Positions 21,812 to 32,400 of a stretch of 64,000 nt of DNA are shown here, in pieces. Source of the stretch: Diplonema japonicum. Its lineage: Eukaryota; Protista; Euglenozoa: Diplonemea. The number at the start of each line of letters is the position of its first letter. Position 1 is the stretch's first letter. Under the pieces are notes generated by a model that worked only from the letters and a program-made list of their open reading frames with translations, did not search any database and was not told where the DNA came from. The DNA is taken from contig OZ025757.1 of NCBI GenBank assembly GCA_964019335.1, positions 62,001 to 126,000 on the forward strand, given 5' to 3'. The translations under genes were made by a program, and so were the position numbers.

Positions 21812-22987
21812 TCAAGTCCCTCTTCTTGTCGCCGAGCAAAAAGGCTTGACGCCCCTCGGAGTGGTGGGTTTAACTTGTTTCGTCCCGCTGCGTGCGGCTG
21901 ACACACTGGGTCTCACCGGCGTGGACATATTATACTGGGGCGGTGCTCTTGCTTGCTTGGCTTGAAGATCTTGAAGTTGGGCAAGTTTCTCATATGCAGG
22001 AACCGCTGATGCCCCGCTCATTTCTGCCCTACAAAACGGCCTCGGTGGGGGAGCAGCTGGGTGTAAAACAACTCCCCTAACATGCCCGGGCATTGCAGCG
22101 TTGACTTCAATGTCGCCAAGGATCTTGGTCAGTCTATCCGTCTCGCGTTGCAGCCCTGCCATCTGCCCGTCGCGTTCCGCCAGCTCGGTCACATAACCAG
22201 AATTTTCTTTTTTAAGCTGCTCAACCATTCGTTCTAACGCGAGCTTTTCTTTCAAAATACCCGTTAAGTCGGTGGTGTGTCCAGGCCCGGATGCCATCCG
22301 AAGAACATCAGCTTGACATTTTAAAACAGCTCGCATCTCAGCCAATTCCGTTTCAAGACTTGAACATCCAGGGCAATGATGAACCCGTTGATGCACAGGT
22401 GCAGGGAGTACACTGGGAACTGACACAGCTCGCGGTGACATTTGAACAGGAAGCGGGAATGACGTCGGCAGTGCAACGGCAACCGGAACTACACTCGGCG
22501 ACACGATAGGAGCGGCTGACACATTGGAAAGCGAACGAAGAGGTATCTGGTTTGACATTGCGGTAGGTGACCTGATCGGGCCTAGAGATGATGCTTCGCT
22601 TCGAATTAACGATTTTGTGCTGTCTAAGGTAGCTATTCCTCCGAGGTGGATCGTGCTTTGAAGAATGTTCGTAAGGTTTGTCAGTGGTTTGTTGTCGCAG
22701 TCTTTTCCGTACAAAACGCCAACCAGGGTTCGCTCTAGATCTGATGCGTTTGCGATTTTGACTTCTACCTGAACCGAGTCACCTCCTGCTCCTCCTGGAG
22801 GGCTGCACAGGCCCACTCCCTTTACTTCCGCGTTATGAGTTATGTTCATCAGCTCGCACATGTCTTGCCATAGCGCCTTGCCTATGCTGTCCATGGTTGC
22901 CTCGTCGCTTTCTAAACCGGTGAGCTGTTCTAATTTGTAGCCTCGGATTACTATTCGGAGGCGGAGCTGCGGGGTTTCGTGAGACAT
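21812..22987 (-). CDS. hypothetical protein with Pro-rich linker and coiled coil, 391 aa
   Basis: Long ORF on the cluster strand, bounded by homopolymer spacers. Confidence 0.7.
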   Translation of the reverse strand: MSHETPQLRLRIVIRGYKLEQLTGLESDEATMDSIGKALWQDMCELMNITHNAEVKGVGLCSPPGGAGGDSVQVEVKIANASDLERTLVGVLYGKDCDNKPLTNLTNILQSTIHLGGIATLDSTKSLIRSEASSLGPIRSPTAMSNQIPLRSLSNVSAAPIVSPSVVPVAVALPTSFPLPVQMSPRAVSVPSVLPAPVHQRVHHCPGCSSLETELAEMRAVLKCQADVLRMASGPGHTTDLTGILKEKLALERMVEQLKKENSGYVTELAERDGQMAGLQRETDRLTKILGDIEVNAAMPGHVRGVVLHPAAPPPRPFCRAEMSGASAVPAYEKLAQLQDLQAKQARAPPQYNMSTPVRPSVSAARSGTKQVKPTTPRGVKPFCSATRRGT

Positions 22988-23215
22988 GCTTGGTATAAGA
23001 GACCCCTCTCTCCCCTCTCCCTCTCTTTTTTTTTTTTAAAAAAAAAATTTCTTTTGAGAAAAAAAAAATAAAAAAAAAGGAAATTGACTAGTTGCCAAGA
23101 AGCTCCCGTAGGGTGGAGGGGAGGCTATCAGATAGGAAGACGAAACAAAAGTAAACAAAAGTTTTTCGTTTTTTTTTTTTTTTTTTTTTTGGTAACTCCA
23201 CCACATGACACATGA

Positions 23216-23248
<33 letters not shown>

Positions 23249-23257
23249 GTGCATGAG

Positions 23258-25119
23258 AGGTGTGTTCGGATATATGAGCTCGTCCGGAAAAAAATGTCAA
23301 CAAATGACCCTCCTATTCGGCGTAAAACCCCCGTTAAATTTCTAAGTAAAAAAGTAGTCCGACACCTTTGTGTGCAGAAATGCAGTCTAAGCTTGAACAC
23401 CATATAGGTCAAAATGCTCGCCGTTTGTTTTATTTTTAAAACGCACGTGCAAAAACATATTTTTTAGAATGGCTTTTGGCAAACGATTCAATTTGGAAGT
23501 TACAAATAACCCAGACTCCATTTTTTATTTTCGTTTTCCCGTGAAAAGCGATAGGAGGAACGGATGCAGATTGAAAATCTGTGAAACCTTTGGGGTCATT
23601 GTGGGTGGGCTGGACTCTAAATCACTATTAAATGGGGCGCGGGGAGAACTTACCCTTAAAGTGCCATTTTGGCCTATTTCTACTAATGATGCGCCGCAAC
23701 CTAAAGGACACCAACGGTCTTCGGGCCTGGAGCTTTTTCCACCAATAGTTCGTGGACGGGCACGCCCCTGCCTCCATCCCCACGAAGGTTGATCTCTTAT
23801 CAGCCTCTTCGCAACTGCCGGTCTGATGGCTTACCTCACTTTGTGAGCCACCGCTGTATCTCCGTGCAGGTCGGCCACAAAGGACCATCCCTTCCCCAGA
23901 AAGGGGAGCCATCTGTTCCGCAGGACTCCAATCGGACCCATCACCTCATCGTCATCGCGGTCCTGGTATAGACCAATGATCTCACCAACACGCTGCCGCA
24001 AACGCGGAGAGGCCAGGCTCTCCCGGACCAAGCTGTTTATCGTTCCGTAGATGACCTTCGACAACGGATGTGCCGTATGCCCTGGCAGCAGAACGTTCAG
24101 TACAGACACGGGGTTTCTCATCCCGAACTGGGGGCCCCACAAGGAGATCACTGCCGCTGTACACATCTTCTTCAGCTGGTCGTCCGAGGGTGCCGCATAC
24201 GTCGCTCCGTACAGACACGACGGCAGCACAGTGCTCGTCAACATCGTCGACTTGTTCTCAAACCCTAGTGGCAAAGCTCCGAGACGGGTCAGGCGTCCCT
24301 CCGCTGCGTCCAGCTTGTCCAGCCTGTGATTCCCATCCATGTTCAGGTTCACGCCAAGTGATTTGATCTCCCTAGCTACCTTGAACGAAGAACCGGTGCA
24401 TACTAGACTAGGGCCGATCTCGTTTTTCGTCGAGAATCCCTGCGACTTCTTTCCGTTGTGGCGCATCTCTGTCCGGTCCCCGAACTCGATCACCTTGTTG
24501 GTCGCCCTTGTCAGGACCTCCGCTAAACGCGCCAGGAGGTACACGTCATCCGCGTACAGGAAAAACCTCAGCAGATGGGTAGGGAATGAAAGTTTGACCC
24601 CAAAGATACCAATGTCGAAGCTCTGCATGAGCAGGCAAGTGTTAAGAATTGGTTTTTCTGAAAATAGCCAAAATCCCTTAGGAACCCCTTGAAAAAGCCA
24701 AAAAATAGGGTGTAAAAAACCGGATTTTCGGGGGCTATGCGGCGCCATATATTTTTCGCTAAGTACTTTTAACAGTAACCCGACCCTGGGTTGTACCCAG
24801 GGGTCACAAGTGCGCTTGAACACCAATTTTATGCACCCTTGATGCTGCGTTTTAAGCAATGAAATTGCATTTTAAACATTTTTCGCCGTTTTTTTGACCT
24901 CTATTTTTCGGGGGCAGCCGGTTGCAAAGCCTGCCACCCTCATGGCAAAACAAGCATCGCAATTGAAAGAACGGCGTCATGTACACCATATATGTCATCT
25001 TCCTATGGTTGCATGCTGCCCTTTTTTTTGCTCAAATAATCAAAACAAGAAATTTTCGGAGGTGCCCAAAAAGTGTTGACATTTTCGTCCGGACGAGCTC
25101 ATATCAAAACGTAAAAGGG
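23258..25119. mobile_element. non-autonomous TIR element, probably piggyBac-type (~1.85 kb), carrying an RT fragment; left end approximate
   Basis: 31-bp inverted repeats ATATGAGCTCGTCCGGA..AAAATGTCAACA (23272-23302 / 25074-25104; 2 mismatches); right terminus AAAGGG followed by TTAG; outermost left end degenerate. Confidence 0.72.
23690..24635 (-). pseudogene. non-LTR retrotransposon reverse transcriptase fragment
   Basis: FLYADDVYL, IKSLGVNL, LPSCLYG; lacks the N-terminal RT motifs; frameshift near 23835. Confidence 0.85.
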
Positions 25120-25201
25120 TTAGGTTGGGTTAAAAGAATTTTTTACCGCTTGAACATCTAAGACGGCGTTTTTTTTTTCTTTTTTTTTTTTTTCCCCCTT
25201 C

Positions 25202-26137
25202 TTACACGACATGCTCGCTTGGAACGGGCTTCATTTCCTTTTCGTTTTCCGCCTCTTTTTCCTTTTTCTTTCTCTCTTCTTTCTCCCGTGCCTCTCGGTG
25301 CTTTTCATGCAGATCCAACACATCGCAGAACATACTGTAGAAGCTGGCCCCGACAAGGACACCAAACCAGCCAAACATCCCCCCCATAAGATGAAACACG
25401 CTCTCCCCTTCGTTGTGCCTAATCTGTGTCACTGTGAAGGAGGCGGGGCTGAAGAGAAGTTGGATCGCGTTCTTGCTGACGAAGGGGTACTGCGTCGCTC
25501 CGAAAACGGTTTTATTTTTAACCAACGGTTCCCCGAGGAGAAATTCCTGTTCTAGTGAAAAGGAGTAGTGGACTGACTGGCCGTGGCTAACAAGCGAGAT
25601 ACCCCCTGAATTTTTTTTGAGATTTACGTCTTGTCCAGAGTTTTTAAATAATGCATCGAAAGCAGAAGTGTCGCTTAACAGAACTACTCTCGGCGCAGGG
25701 TAGCTAGAAATGTCATGGGTGCATTCTTCAACATCAGCACGTGTACCATTTTCTCTGTTCGTCAGGACGAATGTCAATCTTAACAGATCTGTGGGGCTTT
25801 TATATGTTACTCCAAGATGGGTGAGTTTTCGTTGATCTACCACGTAAGCTTCGCTGTTTAAGTATTTTACCTTTGAGACCGCCTGTGTGCAGTTTGTCGT
25901 TCCTGTTGTGGTGGTGTTGATGAAACTGCACAGGAAGAGGGTGTACTCGCATTTTGTGAGGGTGTCCATGACCATGAACAGGCTCGGGGGGTCAAGGGTG
26001 GCCACATCCACCGCTTGAAGCGTCGCTGTTTCTCTACCGCTGTACTCGGACAAGAATTTTAGAACGATCAAAATGACGCCCGACCACAGAACCGCCAGTA
26101 CCGCGAGCTTCAAGGTAATCATTTTCTCACGCGACAT
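25202..26137 (-). CDS. two-TM membrane protein, DEG/ENaC-like, 311 aa
   Basis: TM1 near N-terminus, Cys-containing beta-rich ectodomain, TM2 LMGGMFGWFGVLVGASFYSMF resembling DEG/ENaC GGxxGLxxGAS. Confidence 0.6.
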   Translation of the reverse strand: MSREKMITLKLAVLAVLWSGVILIVLKFLSEYSGRETATLQAVDVATLDPPSLFMVMDTLTKCEYTLFLCSFINTTTTGTTNCTQAVSKVKYLNSEAYVVDQRKLTHLGVTYKSPTDLLRLTFVLTNRENGTRADVEECTHDISSYPAPRVVLLSDTSAFDALFKNSGQDVNLKKNSGGISLVSHGQSVHYSFSLEQEFLLGEPLVKNKTVFGATQYPFVSKNAIQLLFSPASFTVTQIRHNEGESVFHLMGGMFGWFGVLVGASFYSMFCDVLDLHEKHREAREKEERKKKEKEAENEKEMKPVPSEHVV

Positions 26138-26197
26138 TTTTTTTTTTTTTTTTTTTTTTTCCTTGTCGTGTGTCGGGAATCGAAGAAATGAACAAAA

Positions 26198-26236
<39 letters not shown>

Positions 26237-26477
26237 AAAAACAAATCACGGAAGGCGAAATAACATTTAAAAAAAAAAAAAAAAAAAAGATTATTTTCTT
26301 TTGTTCCTTCTTTTTTTTTTTTTTTTTTTTTTTTCTGTTGATAATAACATTTTCGGGTGTTGCGTGGGATGCTCACCCGTGCATCAGAAAAAAAAAAAGA
26401 AAAAAAAAAGAAAAAAAAAAAACTAGTTTGTTGTGCTCCATTTATTTGCGCGCACGGGCGGAGAAATATAAAAAAAA

Positions 26478-26623
26478 GAGTCGGTTGATTGTTTGCACAG
26501 TTTGTGCAGCCGGGGTTAAACCTGTAGAAGGATAATGCCCTACAAGGCAACGAACTCTTTCTAGCACTAACAATTTATTATCAATATATTGTTTTTTTTT
26601 TTTCTTTTTTTTCTTCTTGTTCA
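26478..26623. repeat. dispersed repeat, second copy of 13435-13646 family
   Basis: Shared GAGTCGGTTGATTGTT, CAGCCGGGGTTAA, CCTGTAGAAGGATAA, TTATCAATATATTG blocks. Confidence 0.8.
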
Positions 26624-26884
26624 TTCAGAAACATTGCACCATATTGAAAGAAGCAGAAAATAGAAAAGAAACTAAACAAAAAAAAAAGGGAGATAGATGT
26701 CGCGTATTATTTATTATTATTTTTCTTTTTTTTTTCTGATTGAGACGGGGGGGGAAAGGATGGGGGTACTTTGGGGAAAAAAAAAAAAAAAACCAAATAA
26801 ATTCTACGGGAGAAGAAAATCAAAAAGAAAACCACAGAAGCAAGGGATGGACAAAAAAAAACACAAATACCTCCCCCCCCCCCC

Positions 26885-28300
26885 CTAAATTACCATTTCC
26901 GGTTGTGCCTCACTATATTCAGTCCCCCGTTGAGTTTTCAACAACACAGCAGACTCATCATACTCCCCGTGACCCTTGGACACATAAGGCCTGCGTTTTG
27001 TGGTGAACGCAGCCAGAAATATACAAAAACTCGCGGCGACCAAGGCGAAAGTCCCGGAAACAGAAGTGACAGCCACATACGGCTGCAGGTCGGAGCATAA
27101 GTACGGCTCGACACCGTCGAAAAAATCAGAATAAATCGTCCCATTCACAATCGGAAGAACGCCGATTTGAACGGCGAAGAGGGAAACGGTAACGGCAACG
27201 GTGACATTTCGAACCTGGTTCGACAAAATATACGCTTGGGACGTGTTGACACACATTTCTGCGCAGCGGTTTATGCTGCAGAGGCCGTCACAGTTACCTC
27301 GTGCGGATTCATCCGTTAGGTAGGACTCGGAACCGATAATCCTATTCATTGCTGAATAAGAGTCGCATTCAATTTCACACGTGAAAAAATCCTGGCACAG
27401 TAAGCTCAGCTTGCTGGCATCCGTCCCACACATTTCTTGATAAGTAGTTTCTGTTGCGTTCGACACAAAATTGTCGACATTTTCCGATGTCGACTTAAAC
27501 TGTGCTGTTATATAATCTGTGACAGCTTCTTCAACACTCTCGTAGTCAGTGCAGATTGTACTGCATGCATACCATGCAGAGTAAGCAAGCCCCAGAACCG
27601 CGCACGTTCCCATTGTGCACAATGTACAAAAGACGATTAACGTGACAACTATATTATTTCGGCGTTTGAAAAGCTGGAAATATGTTGCGGCGAAACATCC
27701 AAACCCAGTCCAAGTTATCATGTGCACGTACCACGTTTTCGCGTATCGGAAAAATTCTGTTTTGTCGTGTAGAATTTTTTCCTGCCATCGGTCCATTGTT
27801 TCTGCTGCGAAATAGTCGTCTGGGTCGATATCTATTACTTCTGATACTTTCAAGACCCCTGAGGCGAATATCTCCCCTCCGGCTTCGAGGGTTTTCGCGG
27901 TTTCGTTCAACAACTGATACCCGCTTGTCACCGCGCCCCACCCCATTTGAAGAAATATTGTCCATACTACGGAACTTGCAAGGAGCACCCCGAGGCCTGC
28001 TAAAAAACCGTATTTTCCCACACCGTTTTGGCATGATGTGAACGTTTTTTCCTTAACCGCTTCCTTGCTTCGCATGTAGCCCCAGGTGGCTAATCTTACC
28101 AGGAGGAAGACGAGGAGGCCGCTGAGGAGGAGCCCGATGGAAAACCATGCCACCAAACTCACCAATGGGAACATGCTGATGTACATGTAGCACTGGTCAT
28201 ACAGATTCGAGCACCAGTCACCTGTCTCGGAGTCGAAACAGAGGCAGTCTGCCAACATGTCATTTGAGAAACCATCGTCGTCATCAGTTATCGAGAACAT
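26885..28300 (-). CDS. multi-pass membrane protein with Cys-rich loop, 471 aa
   Basis: About 5-6 hydrophobic segments and a Cys-rich loop (CDGLCSINRCAEMC). Confidence 0.75.
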   Translation of the reverse strand: MFSITDDDDGFSNDMLADCLCFDSETGDWCSNLYDQCYMYISMFPLVSLVAWFSIGLLLSGLLVFLLVRLATWGYMRSKEAVKEKTFTSCQNGVGKYGFLAGLGVLLASSVVWTIFLQMGWGAVTSGYQLLNETAKTLEAGGEIFASGVLKVSEVIDIDPDDYFAAETMDRWQEKILHDKTEFFRYAKTWYVHMITWTGFGCFAATYFQLFKRRNNIVVTLIVFCTLCTMGTCAVLGLAYSAWYACSTICTDYESVEEAVTDYITAQFKSTSENVDNFVSNATETTYQEMCGTDASKLSLLCQDFFTCEIECDSYSAMNRIIGSESYLTDESARGNCDGLCSINRCAEMCVNTSQAYILSNQVRNVTVAVTVSLFAVQIGVLPIVNGTIYSDFFDGVEPYLCSDLQPYVAVTSVSGTFALVAASFCIFLAAFTTKRRPYVSKGHGEYDESAVLLKTQRGTEYSEAQPEMVI

Positions 28301-28391
28301 TTCCCCCCCCCCCCCCTCCCCTCGCCCCCTCCCCTAGTTCCTCTTTTTTTTTTTTTTTTTTGGCAAAAAAAAAAAAAAAAAAAAAAGTGGA

Positions 28392-29372
28392 CTATAACAA
28401 CGCTTGTTCCAACAAAAAGTTAGGACCGTTTACAATTCTGTTGTGGTAGGACAGATGCGCGGGAGATCCCTCAGGCCACATTTCGAGGAAGATTCTGTTC
28501 CATTCCGTGTGGTCAAAGCGTACTTCCACCATGTCGTACCGCAGATCGTTTTGAACCCGGCTGGCCAACACGGATAGGTGCCCCGGAGGGGCCCTGTTTT
28601 GCAAAGACACCCGCAATACCGTTCCGGACAGGTTCGCCTTGAAGTTCGGAAGCCCCGCAGAACCATTGTTGGCAACCACACCACAGGGAAGCGCCGTAAT
28701 ATGCGGCAGACACGTGTGGGAACAAACAAAAGAAGACACATTGGCATCGGTGAACCAACGCTCGATGTCCTTAAGAGGTGTTTTCGGGTCGGTGCAGTTT
28801 AACGCAGCACGGATGTCGTTGTTGGTTTCAACAGGCATTTTTTCCACGGAGAAGCTCCAACCGGAGAGGTTTGTGGGGTCGCCGTGGATGGTCGCAACAC
28901 GTGAAACACCTTCGAAGTCCAGGATTTTGTAAAGGTCCAACCCTGTAAGCCAGGGCTTTACCGATAAGGATTCATTTGTAGAATGCAACGATCTTCGCAG
29001 GTTTGCGACTATTTCGTCGCTTCTGGTTGGGACTTCTTTCGATGTGTAAGCGGGGTATCCACACCCGCAGCCCTCGCCATGTTCATCTGTCATTTCCATC
29101 TCCACGTTGCCGGCTGTGGCGTAGAGGCGCGCGTGGTTTTTTATCCTGTTGTTCACGCCTCGCACCAGAACCTCCTTCACATTCAGAAAATTGAAGTCCC
29201 CGTTAAACACACCCACACTTCCTTCCTCTCTCTCCACCATTTCGACACAGGCTTCCATCGCTACCGGATTCCCGTACAACCCTCCCATTATGTACGCCAC
29301 GCTGGTTGGTATCACATTCGCTTGCCGCAAGGCTTTTGGGGAGTATGCATACCGGAGAGGGCATACTGACAT
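28392..29372 (-). CDS. calcineurin-like metallophosphoesterase-fold protein, 326 aa
   Basis: GGLYGN, FNGDFN, AGNVE, IHGD, SHTC, NNGSAG motifs in the MPP order. Confidence 0.7.
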   Translation of the reverse strand: MSVCPLRYAYSPKALRQANVIPTSVAYIMGGLYGNPVAMEACVEMVEREEGSVGVFNGDFNFLNVKEVLVRGVNNRIKNHARLYATAGNVEMEMTDEHGEGCGCGYPAYTSKEVPTRSDEIVANLRRSLHSTNESLSVKPWLTGLDLYKILDFEGVSRVATIHGDPTNLSGWSFSVEKMPVETNNDIRAALNCTDPKTPLKDIERWFTDANVSSFVCSHTCLPHITALPCGVVANNGSAGLPNFKANLSGTVLRVSLQNRAPPGHLSVLASRVQNDLRYDMVEVRFDHTEWNRIFLEMWPEGSPAHLSYHNRIVNGPNFLLEQALL

Positions 29373-29480
29373 CTTTTTTCACCCCCTCCTTTTTTTTTTT
29401 CTTCTTCTTCTTTTTTTTTTCTTGAATGAAGGGGGGAATACAAAAAAAAAAAAAAAAAAAAAAAAAAGTGTGTGTCCTTC

Positions 29481-32400
29481 TTATTTGACATCACCACCCG
29501 TCAAGAGTGTCGCGCGTGAGTTTGGGAGGCTCAGCACACCGCTGGAAGGCTCACAAGCCTTACCCAACGACGTCGCGGCTCGAAGCGTAATCTCATCGAA
29601 AAAGTCCACGTCCTGCTTCTTACCCACAACCGCGTAACCTTTCTTCTCTCTTATGATACCGTCGCTGTCTTCCGTTGTTGGAGGCGGTTCTGACACATCT
29701 GCGGAGGGACAATCTCCGGTATCAGCATGCTCGCAAAGTGGGTTTGCCCAAGTGTTCTGAACAAGCCTAGTCGGATCGAAAGGGGGTAGCTGGTCGTTTT
29801 TAAGCATATTCTGCCCGTGAAGCGCTTTGAGATGCTCGACGTAAGATACGTACAACTTCTCAAACTTTTGCACACCAACCTCCCGCATGTTGGCGGTCTG
29901 GGTGAGCAGCGCTGTAGGTAGCTCCAACATGATAGATCTTCGGACATTATTTCTCCCGCTGGAGAATTCCACCGTCGCCTTGCTGCGCTCATCGTTGTAC
30001 TGAACACGCGCCACATCGACCGAAGCATCTGTCAAAAGAACCATTAATTCAGGCGATCCCACCGCTCCCATAACCACTGTACCAGAGTCGCTGAAAAGCC
30101 TGGATTTCCGTCCAGAGACCCTTGAGCCAACACCCCATCCTACCATCCCTGGCCTGTGTAACATAAAGGGGAACCCTATGCTGGATGACCTCGGCATCAC
30201 CATTGTTTTCTTCGCCGCGAATGCGAGCAAACCGCAGGCTGCGACGGAGTGGTGGGGTTTTGCCTTGGAAACTGCGAGGGTCTCGCGTTTTAAGTATACA
30301 TGAGATTTCTTCCCAGGAAGTTTTAATGTTCCACTCGCGTTTCTTGAAGGCTTTTCAGTGGCGTCTTCAACGGCAATGGGTTTGGGTACGATGAGTTGCC
30401 TGTCTAACAGCCTGCTTGCAATTCGTAAAACATAGGTTTTGTGGCAACCGGCTTGGCAGTACCATCCTGCATCGCTGTCGCCGCCCACAGCGGACGTCAT
30501 CAGGTAGATCTCAACCCGTTTTTTCAAAGGTCTGAACACCATTCCCCTAACGGGGAGCGTCGGTTCCCCCTTGATCTTCTTAACGGTGGTGGTGTTGTGA
30601 GCCGTTCGAATCGTCCGAAGCTGGTCCTCGATCTGCTTTTTCGCATCCGCATAGTCCTCCTCAGTCTCGAACTTCATCTCATGCGAAAGCTCCAAATCAA
30701 GGTAAAAATCGCTTATATCCCCTTTGACTTCCGATAGAGGATATCCTCCAGTGTGAGGAGCGTTACCTATAACGAATAAATGTTGAAGCCGGGAAGCTGC
30801 GAGGCACGCAGTTATACCGAACTGTCTGTCGACAGGAAGATGGCACATTTCCGTTTCCCTTATAGCGTCTTCTAGAAGCCAGGAAAGGAGCTTTGCATCT
30901 GACGCGGAGTAAGCGGCTTCAAGTTGTCGGCGAACGTTTTTTTTGAGCTTTTTTCTGGTGTCTTCTTGTTGCCGAGCAGCATCTGAAGCAGAAAGCGTCA
31001 GGTTAAGAAGAAGTTCTTGAGTGAGCTCGTGAACGGAATGTCCGTTTCTTTCCAATCCGAGGGAGATGCTCGCGGTTTCTTCGACGTCGGTGGCGGCGAG
31101 GAGCTCGACAGATTTGATTTTTTCCTCCAATTTTCGTCCTTTTTCCGCGTGGCTTGGCGGAACGCAAAGCCCCATCTTGCTCCCAACGGTCCTGAGCTGT
31201 AGAACGCTGTCGTGCGTCTCCCGCAACGCGGGGAGGGAGAGACCCTTTGAGAGACACCATTCCTTCTCGTCCTCCTGCACCCGACGCTTCTGCCAGAAAT
31301 GATACGCGTTGACCGCGGAAATTTCATCCGATAAACAAGGCCCGGCATAGGTCAACCCAAGCATCGTAGCCATGACGGGCTGTTTGAACGGCTGAACGAT
31401 AACGGATCGAGAACGGGAGCGAATCGCAGCGATGATGAAGGCATCGTCCAAGCATCCGTACATGTAACCGTTGACTAGAAGTAGTGCGTCTTGAACGTCA
31501 AGGGGGAACAAAGCTGCTAACTTGCCCATGTAGGTTAACTTCTGCGATGTTGTGCTGTTTCCTTCTATACATTTCATATCGCACAGGTCGCGAAGCGCGG
31601 ATTTTACGTGAGTTTCAGATTCGGGGGGGTCGAGGAGGTCGAACAGAAAACTCTGTACATCAGTAAACCGCGCGTACAACCACCTCATGTTCAATATTTT
31701 CAAGCACGTTGTTTGCAACGATGCAACTAAAACTTCTGGTTTTGTGATCTCCGAGAACGAATCGTGTTCGGGCTTCGTGACCATTCTGTATACAAGGCCG
31801 GCAAAGGATCTTCCGCATCTGCCCGCCCTCTGAGTCGACATCGCTTTTGAAACCCAGTCCAGGTTTAACGACGATACGTTCGTCTCGTAATCGTGACGGT
31901 TTTCCTTGTGAAGACAGAAATCGATAACTAATTGAAGGCTTGGAATTGTGATGGCAGATTCGGCAATGTTCGTGCTCAGTACAATTAATCGATCACCCTT
32001 GAAATCGTGGTAAATTCTGTTCTGGTCCTCGGTGCTTACGGACGAATGCAAATTTAAAATCGTGACGGAATCCATGTCTAAAACACGTTCCAAACGTGCG
32101 TATAATTCTGTCATGTCGCCGATGCCCGGGACGAATACCAACACGTTGCAACCCTTTGAAAGGACGGTTTCGTGAAGCTGTTTCAAGAGCTTCACGGCAA
32201 GAACAACACGCTCGACAGGTATCGACGGTTTTTTCGGACGTCTCAGGGATTTTTTGTAGTCTTGTACGGTGAGACCGTCGATAGATTCGTAGTCAATATC
32301 CTCGATGTACGCTACTTTGTAGTTTGGAGGTTGCCGCGAGGATATCACAACGGGTGGTGTTGCAATTGATGTCTCTTCCTTGATGTTGACGCTTTTGAAA

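Noticed and set aside
23831-24859. 342-aa ORF as an intact RT gene, retron or DGR
   Set aside because: The first ~75 aa are read from the AT-rich transposon arm, N-terminal RT motifs are absent, and no template repeat or ncRNA is visible.
25116-25132. Telomere-like GGGTTAGGTTGGGTTA
   Set aside because: Only two imperfect units, coinciding with a transposon end.
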